DNA of 64,000 nucleotides from Nitrospirales bacterium (GTDB lineage Bacteria; Nitrospirota; Nitrospiria; Nitrospirales; UBA8639): NCBI GenBank assembly GCA_965203295.1, contig CBDBCZ010000018.1, positions 768,001 to 832,000 of the forward strand, read 5' to 3'. Shown piece by piece: positions 51,026 to 62,510 of this stretch (position 1 is its first letter; each line of letters starts with the position of its first letter). The notes under the pieces were generated by a model. It saw only the letters and a program-made list of their open reading frames with translations, ran no database searches and was not told where the DNA came from. The position numbers and the translations under genes were made by a program.

Positions 51026-51822
51026 TCAGCCTATACTTCCAAACACTGCACCCACGCATTCAAACGCCCCAGATACTTCATTGAGAGTCAGGCTGTCACC
51101 AGGAGCAGTTGGAATGAGCGGTATAATGCAACCAATGAGTGTCTGCGCTAGCACACCAATATTGGGTCCCTCCTCTTCCGGCTCTTCTGGGCATCTTGTT
51201 CTTGATCTTCTGCTTGATCTCGATCTTCTTGATCTGCTACCTCTGGTGCGGCATCTACTCCCTATGGAAAATGCAATGTGTATAGTGTTACTTTGTAGTG
51301 TTACTAAACCCCCTTTAAAGGGCCTTCCTGAAGTAAAAACATTTTGCCAAGTCCCAAATATAAGTGAATTTACTCGACCCCTGTCTTTACAGGATAATTT
51401 ACCAGGTCCCCAATGTGCACACCTTACAGAAGTTCCACTGTATGTTTTTATACAAAGAAAAGTCTTTGTTTATATTCCACCTGATACAGTGTAGGTAGCC
51501 AAAGACATAAAATATATTAGATGGTTCAGAGTATGTGAAGCTTGGGACCTCGATAATCATTGCCTTGGACTAGTTCCAACATAGCTGCTCATGCTGTATA
51601 AACTATGCCTGGTAGTTATATAGGCAAACTAGTGGCTAGGAATTAGCTATTCCCTTTAAATTACAAAAGGCAAGATCACTTACTTGAGCGTGCTACACGA
51701 ATGTGTTCATTTTCAGCAGCAACATCCCCGTTTGCTTCAATGTGCACACCTTCTTCACAGATGACACTATCTATGAACAAAGCAACCACCAGAAGACAAA
51801 TAAGAAGCTTTTCACAGTGCAT
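51026..51822 (-). CDS. Two-exon secreted cationic/hairpin peptide precursor 6 (124 aa); exons 51822-51684 and 51261-51026
   Basis: Exon 1 MHCEKLLICLLVVALFIDSVICEEGVHIEANGDVAAENEHIRVARS ends at a GTAAGT donor. A phase-compatible TTTCCATAG acceptor leads to exon 2, RSRCRTRGSRSRRSRSSRRSRTRCPEEPEEEGPNIGVLAQTLIGCIIPLIPTAPGDSLTLNEVSGAFECVGAVFGSIG*. Confidence 0.8.
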
Positions 51823-53539
51823 TTTTTCTTGCTTGAAGCTTTTGCTAGTATTCTGATTTTTGGAAGTTTGTTTGAGTTTTATAGCAATTGTTCACCTGTT
51901 ATTGCCAACAAGATAATTTATCAACTCTCTTATCTCAAATTTGGTGTTCATAATCTTTTCCTTTTCAGGCAAAGGCAGGGCAAAAATGTGGGCACAGCAT
52001 ATGCACTACCTTGTCAACTAAAACTGTGAAAATTGTACAGTGTGGTGTTCCATTGAGTCATGCCCATATAAGGCCAAGGTGGGGAAAATTCTGGCGGTAG
52101 CGGCCAATAGAGTTTGTCACACTAAATAGCTACTCAGCATGCATGTCTGAATCGGTTGCTTGATGTAATGTGAGATTGGGCTAGAGTTTAGTCACCCTGA
52201 ATACGTTTCTAACCAATCCACCATTTGCTCAAGCAGACAATTATTGCTTCATTAACTCTTTACCAACCAATGACGCATATATGCGTATGAGCTTCCATAA
52301 GCCCATATGAATTTATATGGGGATTTTAATACTAGGCGTTAATACTTTGTACAGGCTTACTGCTTCTTTAAGCTGTTGCTTATGGTGATTCAGTAATGCT
52401 CGCTTGCTAACACAATTATAACAGTGCCAGAAAAGTTGAAGAAGTATAACAGAGCACATCTTTGTTTGTCTACCACCAAAGCATTCCCAAGCCTGAGGGA
52501 AGCATCATCTTAATTCAGTTGTGACTGGCAAATTATGAATAAAGCTGAGGTGCCCATATCCAATAGAGACCGGGTGGTAGGTATATATCTCTCTCCCATA
52601 TCCAATAGAGACCGGGTGGTAGGTATATATCTCTCTGATTTAGATACCTCATTTAAGCCGGCATACTTCAAAAGAAATTATTCATGTCTATGTCTTAATG
52701 TAATTTTACCATGCCATAGAGTTTTAATGCCACATAAATGAAACTGTACAAAATTGAGATGGGGTAGCTAAATACTACACGGTAATATCTTTGTTAGCGT
52801 GCCATGATGTTATTTGCTTGTAATTGTAAACCCAAAAATTATATTGTGATGACGGTTTAGGGTTTATTACTTTATAAGTTCACCGACACTGAGTTTTCAA
52901 GGACATACCAAAATAGCCACAACATTGTGATTACTTATTAGCTCTGTAACATCAATTTTGACATGTTGAATACACATAACGCATGTATTTGCAAACTATC
53001 AAAATAGTTTGTAATGAGTTCAGAGCCTTTGAACTATGAATACAAGTTAAACGGTTAGCCAAGTTATACTGTTTACAAATTATAGACTGTTTACAAGTTA
53101 GACTCTTTGCCAAAAGAGCTGTTAAAATCCAACACGCTAAACTTCTATCTTAAAGGTAATACTGCAGTCACCTTATAGTATGTCTATCGAGGTAACACTT
53201 TTACCAATTCATGGTAGCTACTGCTGCCAATTGTACAATATTTTGAGCTACAGTGTACACCAAGACCATTCACAATACATTCCTAGAGCCCTTGTCTTTA
53301 TTTATTTTTCATATCTTTTGTGATTATGATATCTCCTGTACACCCAGAAGTTAGCAAGTTGATCGTACACTAGCTATTTGCAACTGAGGAAGATCCACAG
53401 ACATTTTGCAAGTACTACAGCAGTAAAGTCCAAATATTCTACAGTTTTGTTACACACAACGACTATCCATTTGAATACTTATCAAATTATTACTTGAAAT
53501 CAGTTATATAAGGCAACAGTGATTTTCTTTTATAGTTTT

Positions 53540-53778
53540 TTTTTATTTGTAATGCTAGTGGACTGCGGAGCAACACTGTTTTCACTAATTCTTAATATTT
53601 TCAGGATCTTGTGAGGAGTATGTGTGGAAATACGCTTGGTAGGCAAGCAAAAGGTCCAGTTGAAATGTATTTTTTTATTTGTAGTGTTAGTGGACTGCGG
53701 AGCCACACTGTTTTCACTATTTCTTACTATTTTCAGGATCTTGTGAGGAATATGTGTGGAAATACGCTTGGTAGGCAA
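53540..53778. repeat. ~131-bp tandem duplication
   Basis: TAGTGGACTGCGGAGC...AATACGCTTGGTAGGCAAG occurs twice. Confidence 0.9.
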
Positions 53779-54848
53779 GGCATTGTAGCTATAGAGAAAT
53801 GATAGGTGAGTTAGTGCATGCATGTGTTTTCTGCTGCACAGGAAATAAAGAATTCAAGGTAGAGAAAAAAATTTGAGGGGGGGTAGGGGGTCTCTTCTAA
53901 CAATCACAAGTAGAGTCACACAAACATTAAACTGTTTTGCCATCTGACGAACGAATGCCAGAATGTTGCAGCCTTACAGTTTGAATGTTGATGTTTGTGT
54001 ATATAGCTAATTTACTTATTGTTGTAGAGAGAAAAGCACAACAAAAACTTTGCAAAAGTGAATTTTATTGTTTCTTGTAATGGGAGATTATTGAACACGA
54101 CTAAGAGAAAGTATAATATTTATACTGTGTGCAAACGTGCATTGATTTCTCTAGTAATCACAGCAGATTCTACATATCACTTGGGGGAAACTTGCCAGAG
54201 ACGTAGAGGCTGTTAGGAGAGGGAAATGCAAAGAACGTTATAGAGTTCCAGGTTTTGAGATCCAAAGTGGATGTACTATGAGTAATGTTTCATGGATGCC
54301 TGTAGTCCATACCCTAATACGTAGCTTGTCAAAATCCAAAATTATATTGTACTTGATTCCCAGGATTCAAATCACTTATAATGCATCCAGGAAGGGAAAA
54401 GCTCTTGGCTTTGCCTAGTGGTACTTAATAACATATCCGAGTCTGTGCTATACTTTTGACTTCCGAACTAGTACCAGTGCAACCAAAACAAGTAATCAAG
54501 TGCCTAAACCTGTCCACCTGTGTTAAAATTGTAACACTTTTATCAGAAATGTACTAAACACAATGTGCAGCTACAAAAGGGGTCTGTATGAAATGAACAA
54601 CAAAGCCCTTAAATGGCTATGGATGATAGCTAATATTATGCAGGATTCACAAACCTTGTTTTATGGTACAGTATCAGTATAACAGTATCAGTATTATACT
54701 TTCTGATGGTAGATATTGCATAAAGAGTTTGTCACTGTGCAATATAAATATGCTGTGCACTGATAATACAAAAAGTGAAAAAGTGTAAAATTCTACATTG
54801 GCAATCGTGGTTACTATAGTAATTGTTACATCCGTCTTTAATTTACAA

Positions 54849-57800
54849 TCATTCCGTTGCCATGCATGGCTCTCGTAAAAAACGTAAGTCAACCACCGTC
54901 TGGGTTGGGGCAGACCCTGACACGAACACACGATCTGGTGGGTCCTCAAGCCCTGAGGCCACATCAATCAGGGAGACTTTTGTTTTATCATGCCTCTGGC
55001 TCAATGTCTTCCACAGTCCGGTGTTTTTGATTTGTAAAATGGAGTGGTAGATGACAATCCCTGTGAATGTTGCAAAAGCTATACCAACTGAGGTGATTGT
55101 AACAGCATTCTGGTTGCCTCCACTGGTACGAACATACAAAGTGGCTACAGCAAGAATGGACAGGTTAAGGATGAATGATGAATCAAGGAGGCCAAGGCTC
55201 CATGTCTTGTAGACTCTGCAACCAAGTATGATAGGAGGTAATAACATTGTAGTAGTTGCAATAGCTACATGGTTGACGCTGGGGTTTCCAAGAGCATTTA
55301 CTGCAGAGATAAGAAACAAAACAAGGCGAAGAAGAAGCATCAGTCCAGTCCAGTAGCGGTATTTGTTAGTGTAGGGTGCATGGTAGGCATCCAAGAAAGG
55401 TTTGACATAGCGACTGTTGATTAGAGAGAATATCATCAAGTGTGACTTGGCCTGAAGCCACTGGCTAATGACTAGCAACATTGTGAAGGGGAAAAACAGG
55501 CAAATCAGGCAAATCATCCCAGCTGTGAACAGTGGAATGTGCTTACCACTGAGGTATCTAACATTTCCATCATACAGCCATACAGCAATCTGTAGGTTGT
55601 TAGGATATTCTAGAAATGTAAACGAAAGTGCTGCAATAATAGTGCGAAGTAGTTTGGCATATGAGAGCAAGAAAAGTGTGGCTAGTACTGCGATTGGATT
55701 GCTTCCAAATATACTCGCCACTCTTCCTGAGTAGTGGCTGCCAACTATTATCAAGCCCACTAGAGCCCATAAATAGAGTGGGAATGTAAACTGCATCCAT
55801 GTTTTTGCACAGGCATCCATTCCTGTGTAGAAGCAAGTTTCAATTCCCAGGTCCAAGTTTAGCCAGGATATAAAAACGCTAAAAACATTCGCTATCATCA
55901 TAGTACTCGTAGTTTTCATTTGAAGTTGGAAGAATATTGCGGAGTTGACTTGTAAAATATTTGCATAGAAAATTAATCCACTGATAGTTCCAGCTGCAAC
56001 TGTCAGCCTCAGGACCATAAGTAAGACCACTAGTGCAATGCCAGCAGAAGCAAATGCAACTAAGAGCAGGAGATAAAAATTGGAGCACTGCAAACAGCGG
56101 GAGCTACCCAATACAAGACTCAGCTTGTCACTGCATCTTCCGCATAGTAAGCCACTTCTATTATAGTTACACTGTTGGTCACTGTCACTGACTGCCAAGT
56201 ATGTTTCATCTGATTTACAGTAATCGAATGGACAATTGGGATGAAGAATCAAACCTTTGTATTCACTGTCACTGTCATAGCCTACCCAAAAGTCAGCATT
56301 GTAGTCACGTAACACTGTTTTATTGTCTACTAAGCACGTGTTTGTAAATTTTTGAAGTCTCTCAGCACAAATGCATATTGGATCATTTTTTGATAGATGA
56401 TAACCAGCAGGACAGTATTGAATGTTCACAGTAACATTAAGGGTGTTAGTCTGAGTGGGTGAACAAGGACCTTTGGCATAAAGAGTCATTTTTTGAGTGG
56501 TACCTGTGGCATGTGATTTTATGGTGTACTGCAAGATATTGCAGTTGTTGTTAATGTTTTGAGAATATTCAAGGTTGCTGATACTAATGTTGTTAGATGT
56601 GTAAACAACTTCTATCACAGCTGTAGTTGTACCATTCCTTTGTCCATGTGCAATGACTGGAACCTCTAATGTTCCCCCGGGATACACAGGCTCAGGGTGG
56701 TAGGAACCACTGCAGTTTGTTACACCATCTCTGCAGGTACAGATATTCAGTGGGTCAGAAGAAATAGCTGGTTTGTTTTCACTCACTGCATCAAAATAAT
56801 ATCCACTAAGAGCTGTAGAACCCTCATAGTCTGAATGGAACTTGAAAGCATTGATTTTACAATTATCAACTGAGCCACCATGCAAGTCACTACCGCCTTC
56901 TAGAGCTGTGTTGTTGTCAAAGTACATCCTGATATTGAGGGAGTTGATATACCATTTTATATTGGAAAAATGATTCAAGAAATAATGTTGTTTTCGGCTT
57001 TTTCTTTGAAAGAAGCACTCACTGTTGCTCACATAAAAAGGTGTTGTAAGTGGAATGCAGTAAGTTAGTGGGTTGCTTTCTTCTACCTTGATTGCACCTC
57101 CAGTACTCATAGCACTGTTGTTTGTAAAGTGAACAGCAGAACCTGACTTCTGGTAGAGTTTAGAATCACCAGATAGCAGCAGTCCACCACCATTTTTGGC
57201 TGAATTGTCTGCAATGATTGTTGTGCTATTCACAAAGAAAAAAGTGCTCGTTGATGCATAAATCCCTCCTCCTCCTTCGTCTGCGGAATTTTTTGTGATG
57301 ATTGCAGTTCCATTAATTTGAGTGTTGTGTACATGCAGCCCTCCACCATATCTGGCTCTGTTGTTCTCAAAGGTGTTTCCAAACACTTTTAGTCGACTAT
57401 CCACTGCAGCCATTCCTCCACCATACTTGGCTGTGTTATTTCCAATAGAGATATTCCACATTTTTACTCTACTGTTTCTAGTTGCAAGGACTGCACCACC
57501 TAGAAATTGTGCATAATTGTCAGTAAAACAATCATCAGTAAAGATTACTTGGCTTGTATGCATGTATACAGTACCCCCAAAGGCAGCATGGCTGTTTTGA
57601 AAATGATTCCCTACAGAATGAAGGGTGCCGCCAATTATATAGTGTGCTCCCCCATTAGCACCAGCTGAGTTGGCCTGGAATGTGTTCCCAGTGAGGTTGA
57701 GCCTGCCACGAATTATATTAAGTGCTCCTCCATTTTGACCAGCAGAGTTGTTCTGGAATGTGTTCTCTGTGAGGTCGAGCCTGCCAAAACGTGCATCAAG

Positions 57801-58463
57801 TGCTCCTCCACCTAAAATGGCTATGTTGTTGTGAAAAATGTTTCGAGTAAGGGTAAGAGTGCTGTCCTTTACATAAAGTGCTCCTCCTGAAATAGCTGAG
57901 TTGTTGTAGAAAGTGTTTTGTGTGAGGGTAAGAGTGCTATCCTTTACTATCAGTGCTCCACCTTGCTTTAGACGATAATAATAGTTAACGTTGATGCTAT
58001 TCTGGAAGGTGCAGTTTGAAATATCACACTGCTGTACTGACCGCATACGTACAGCAGCACTCTGGTGGTGACCACACGAGATGAAGGCCAGCGCACAAAT
58101 GTGCAGCTCAGCTATCTGAGTAAAGTCAAACCCGGCTGGCCAGGTGCATACAATCCTACTGCTGACTCCTGGGAGGAAGGATGCATTTCCAAGAAGGATG
58201 AGTTGTAGTAAATTTGCCACAGTGATGGTCTGCTTTAGCGAATGATTGCCAGGAAGGAACTCCATTGTTGTGTTCACTGGTAGGCTACTGAAGTACTGGC
58301 CAGCTACATACTCAGAGAGAGTGTGGCAGGGCTCTCCAGGACATTGTGTGTCGGGTGTGGGTGTGACGTAGTATGTGCTCTGGCCAGAGTTTGAGGTCAG
58401 TAATATGAGAATCAGGACGAGACTCTGCCATGTCAGCAGTAGCGCTGTGGAGACATGCTTCAT
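54849..58463 (-). CDS. Pmp-like beta-helix repeat / Cys-rich / ~7TM membrane protein, paralog C
   Basis: 1212-codon open frame, first ATG at 58463 (MKHVSTALLLTWQ) after an acceptor TTACACAG|GATATC at ~58496. Same architecture as paralog A with ~12 GG motifs; ends LREPCMATE. Confidence 0.9.
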   Translation of the reverse strand: MKHVSTALLLTWQSLVLILILLTSNSGQSTYYVTPTPDTQCPGEPCHTLSEYVAGQYFSSLPVNTTMEFLPGNHSLKQTITVANLLQLILLGNASFLPGVSSRIVCTWPAGFDFTQIAELHICALAFISCGHHQSAAVRMRSVQQCDISNCTFQNSINVNYYYRLKQGGALIVKDSTLTLTQNTFYNNSAISGGALYVKDSTLTLTRNIFHNNIAILGGGALDARFGRLDLTENTFQNNSAGQNGGALNIIRGRLNLTGNTFQANSAGANGGAHYIIGGTLHSVGNHFQNSHAAFGGTVYMHTSQVIFTDDCFTDNYAQFLGGAVLATRNSRVKMWNISIGNNTAKYGGGMAAVDSRLKVFGNTFENNRARYGGGLHVHNTQINGTAIITKNSADEGGGGIYASTSTFFFVNSTTIIADNSAKNGGGLLLSGDSKLYQKSGSAVHFTNNSAMSTGGAIKVEESNPLTYCIPLTTPFYVSNSECFFQRKSRKQHYFLNHFSNIKWYINSLNIRMYFDNNTALEGGSDLHGGSVDNCKINAFKFHSDYEGSTALSGYYFDAVSENKPAISSDPLNICTCRDGVTNCSGSYHPEPVYPGGTLEVPVIAHGQRNGTTTAVIEVVYTSNNISISNLEYSQNINNNCNILQYTIKSHATGTTQKMTLYAKGPCSPTQTNTLNVTVNIQYCPAGYHLSKNDPICICAERLQKFTNTCLVDNKTVLRDYNADFWVGYDSDSEYKGLILHPNCPFDYCKSDETYLAVSDSDQQCNYNRSGLLCGRCSDKLSLVLGSSRCLQCSNFYLLLLVAFASAGIALVVLLMVLRLTVAAGTISGLIFYANILQVNSAIFFQLQMKTTSTMMIANVFSVFISWLNLDLGIETCFYTGMDACAKTWMQFTFPLYLWALVGLIIVGSHYSGRVASIFGSNPIAVLATLFLLSYAKLLRTIIAALSFTFLEYPNNLQIAVWLYDGNVRYLSGKHIPLFTAGMICLICLFFPFTMLLVISQWLQAKSHLMIFSLINSRYVKPFLDAYHAPYTNKYRYWTGLMLLLRLVLFLISAVNALGNPSVNHVAIATTTMLLPPIILGCRVYKTWSLGLLDSSFILNLSILAVATLYVRTSGGNQNAVTITSVGIAFATFTGIVIYHSILQIKNTGLWKTLSQRHDKTKVSLIDVASGLEDPPDRVFVSGSAPTQTVVDLRFLREPCMATE

Positions 58464-58853
58464 GAATTTTGCAACTTTGATGTTCAAATTGATATCCTGT
58501 GTAAGAATAAGCCAATTTAGTGTTTGTTGCCGCTAAGTTTCGTGCATGCATGTTAGTAGCCTCTTAGAAGAAGCATAATTATGATGAGGCTTCGGTAAAT
58601 GGTGTGGAACCATTGTAGTCACATAAAGAACTGCTACATTATTCACCGAACCTCCAACCCATATGCATACGGTTACCTTCATTCCCATGTGCAGTCTCCA
58701 CTGCCAACTATTTTGCATGTCGAAAAACCTGGCAGTGGAGGTTAGAAAACAGGCTAAATTAATTATAATTGTGGAGGACTGGTTGTTTGAACAGGTGTGG
58801 CTCTTTAAACTTAGTCTGGCCACCCATGCAGCCTTGTTGTTTGTTCAGTATGT

Positions 58854-58897
58854 CTGCTCTGATGAAGACTGCAGCCCAGCAGTCGAAACGTCAGCGT
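58854..58897 (+). ncRNA. Minimal type I hammerhead ribozyme motif (Penelope-type)
   Basis: TGCT-CTGATGA-A-GACTGC(AGCCCA)GCAGTC-GAAA-CGTC-AGCG: core boxes, perfect 6-bp stem II, palindromic mini stem III, and a short stem I. Confidence 0.7.
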
Positions 58898-59003
58898 TTG
58901 ATGAAGTTTGTGAAGCCAATTTGTGGTTGGTAGAAAGAGAGCTCCAATCAACATGTTCTTGTATTGTTCTATTGTTATTCTGTGCGTTTTATGTATGTGT
59001 ATA

Positions 59004-59518
59004 TACCATAGAGTACGTATCAAGCGCCCACTACGTAGTAAGCGCCCACCCCCCACTTCAGCGTCAACTTCCTGCAAAGGGTACGTTTATTAACGTAGTA
59101 TCCGCCCACTCGAACGCGTTGCAAACGCACGTCGCAAAGTGAGAAAACAAGGTAAGTATAGCCTTCTTTAACCAACTATTGAAGCATATGTATTAGAATA
59201 GCCATAAAAACATGCAGGTACCTGCAAAATATACGAAATAGCTAGCTGACCTATATCGTCGGTATTCCAATTAAAGCACACTAAAGATCGAATTTTACTG
59301 CTTGATTTCGCTCACTGCACTTTAGTTATAAGTTTAGCTCACCTGAATGGTATGATATTATGGTAGAAAACATATTATGGTGAAGATTCCTCACTTCCAG
59401 GGTGGTGGGCGGATACTACAAGCCGTTTGCGGACGAATACGTAGGAAGCGCCCACCCCACTCTTCCGCTGCATTCTAAGGTTCCCCACCCATGGGCACTT
59501 AATACGTACTCTACAGTA
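59004..59518. mobile_element. TA-flanked MITE with ~25-bp imperfect TIRs (Tc1/mariner-pogo-like)
   Basis: TACCATAGAGTACGTATCAAGCGCCCA ... TGGGCACTTAATACGTACTCTACAGTA; subterminal AGCGCCCACCCC repeats. Confidence 0.8.
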
Positions 59519-60599
59519 CTTTGTTGTATCGCTTTTGTCGTTATGACGGAGAGTTCAGTTACCGTTGACTTAGTATCGCCTACCACGCATGTGGCACCAC
59601 GATCGATCCCTAACAATAATATATGCTCGTTTTGTGAAAACTATTAGAAGCAGCTGAAATGGTAAAGCTTGAATTAGCTGGGATGTGTGAAGATTGCTAT
59701 ATAAGTACAAGCTATCTCTCATGTTTTTGCAGAGCTTGTAGTCCATGGGGATAGTCTTCACAATCATAATACCAGCTATCAGATTGATTACCCAGCTTAG
59801 CCAGGTAGCCATTAAATACTAATACAGTTGGTCTTACCATATCCTTGCAGTTGATCTTCAGTCTCAGATGATTGCTTCAGAACAATATTACACTTGTACT
59901 CACACAACCAAGTTTAAGCAGTTGCAAAATGAGTAACTGCAATCACTAACTGGCTAGCCTTCAGCTAGATATATTGAATAGATACCATACATCACTGACT
60001 GATTGATTGAAGTGGGCGGGACTATTTGTGTTTGTGTGGACACATCATTACATCAGTTCTGACCATCAATCAATCACTACAAACAAGCCCTTGATAAACT
60101 GGGGGAGTTTTAGCAATGCTACAAGTTTACATATATAAATGTAAGCTTAAAGCTTTCATTAATATACTCCCCTGGTTTAAAGAAGGGCTTGTATTCAAAA
60201 CATGAGAAAGTGCATGTTTAGCTGGACAGGTAATGAAACTTAGTAAATACCCTGGAGAGGTTATACCAGGCAAAATGGCCCAGAATAATAACTGTGAGAT
60301 AATAAAGTGCTAGCTAGCTAATTGTATCCATGGCTTGTAGCTAAGTAGCGCCTTCTCCAATGTGGTGTTGTTATCCTACAAATCATTACCTTATATAGTG
60401 AAAGCATATTTAGGCTTCACCCTTTGGCTTCTGTGAGCGCCAATAGCATTCTTTATATGGATTGTTTTGTCTGCTCCATATGCAGTGTATATTGTACACT
60501 TCCTTTCAAATATGTACTTTAACCCATAAACATAAACTTAGTGACCCCTCCCAATCTTAAAATAGGTAGCTATCTAAACATGAGCATACCAGCATGAAT

Positions 60600-61460
60600 T
60601 AACCAACTCTCACACACAATCGTAACTACAACAGCATTTAGGGGAGGAATGAACTAGCTACTATGCATAATCTTCTTTATTGGGGTGGTGGTAGGACTAG
60701 CGAACTGGTTTTTAAGTGACTTCCGTCTTTCAGGGGTGTGTTAGCTTCAATGAGCTAATGAAATTGTACTGAACAGGAGTTATTGAATGTTTACCCATAA
60801 CCATTATTAAGATCCCGTTTATTGGGATGGAAGTAGGACTAGCAATTAAAACTGGCTTAGTCTTCCACAAATTGTACCAATAGGAGTTGTTGAATGCATT
60901 CAGGGAATTAAGGATTTAACTACTGATCATATTTATTGAGATGAAGGTAGGACTAGTGAACTGGCTTTTAATACACTTCCGCCTGCTAGTGGAGAGTGAA
61001 CTTGAAAAAGTTACTAAATGTTTGAATTATGTCGTGCAGAAAAGCCTGAGTGTGACACTATGACAGCATAATTTTGAAAAACAGATGTTTTTAGACACCA
61101 GTAGGTGTTCATTATGGTTTATTGTGACAGTGGTAGGACTGATCTAGTGAACTGGTTTATTTGCTTCCATCTAAAAGTGGTGTGTGAGCTTCAATATGTT
61201 AACAGAATTGTGCCGAAAAGGCATTATTGAATGTTTACCTAGAAACCAATATTACAACAGCATTCAGGGGATACTTGAATTACTAATCCAGTTGTTTTCG
61301 GGATTGAGGTGGGACTAGTGAAATGGCTTTTAGTAGATTTCCACCCATTTGGTGGTATTAGCTAACGAAATTGTACCAAACAAGAGTTACTGAATGCTTA
61401 CCAACTTTCGCCCACAACCATCATCACAACATTCAGGGGAGGATTTAACTACTAATCCTA
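60600..61460. repeat. Old degenerate tandem array (~115-190-bp units)
   Basis: GTAGGACTAG(T/C)GAACTGG-like motif recurs at ~60690, 60832, 60946, 61132 and 61310, with TTGAATGTTTACC and CATTCAGGG blocks. Confidence 0.7.
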
Positions 61461-62222
61461 TCTAGTCACAAGCAAGGCTTTAGGAACTTTCTCACTGACA
61501 CACAGCAGGTTGGAACTCCAGATGCATTACCATGTCGTGCAGAAAAGTCTGAGTGTGTTTGAAAATTTGAAACACAGATGCCTTTAAGATCAGACACGAA
61601 TGGGTGTTCATATTAGAGTGGTTTCACTGAAGAGATTACTTTACTCATATTTTATTATCTGGGGCTTAATTTCTCTCAGAACTTAGACACTGAAAATATT
61701 TAGCTAAACACTTTTCTCATGCTTTTATTGATCCTACTTAGCTCTCTGCTCAGCATACAATTAAGACATTTGCCAAAATGTGCAAAAACATGTAGGGATG
61801 CACTTCCACCAAAAAACACTTCCCCAAAAACCATTGAAACAAGTGACAATGTACACCGCAATGCATGTGCTGACTACCCACACATCACAGCGCAATGCAT
61901 TTGCCGTGTAGCTACATACCATCCCTGCATTATTCCAACCACACCCATCACAATCGTGTATACGTATGTGAGATGTGAATAGTGGAAGTGTAATTTGCTG
62001 TGTATGTATTGCTAATGACTGTGTATGTTGGTGGTTGTGGAAGGTTGCTGAAAGTGTTGATAGTGCATATAGCTACATGTTAGACTAGTGAGTCAATGAT
62101 GATGGAGTCATACATATGGTGTTTGTATAGGGGCTTTGGTAGTGTTTGGTTATGCGTGGATGAGTGCAAGTTATGAAGTCTTGTGAGTGTTGTGAAATGC
62201 TTGTGCGTGCGGGTTCTTTGTA

Positions 62223-62510
62223 GGGAGGTGTATGTGAGTGTATTTGGTAAAGTGTAGTCTTGTGTTGTCAACTTTGTTGAGTGTGTTGTAGCGATGGTGG
62301 TTGATGTGGGCTGTGTGTGGGAGGTGTATGTGAGTGTATTTGGTAAAGTGTAGTCTTGTGTTGTCAACTTTGTTGAGTGTGTTGTAGCTATGGTGGTTGA
62401 TGTGGGCTGTGTGTGGGAGGTGTATGTGAGTGTATTTGGTAAAGTGTAGTCTTGTGTTGTCAACTTTGTTGAGTGTGTTGTAGCTATGGTGGTTGATGTG
62501 GGCTGTGTGT
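62223..62510. repeat. 96-bp GT-rich minisatellite x3
   Basis: Units start at 62223, 62319 and 62415 and are near-identical. Confidence 0.95.

Noticed and set aside
60600..61460. CRISPR-like spaced repeats
   Set aside because: Eukaryotic context, degenerate repeats, mutually similar spacers, no cas genes.
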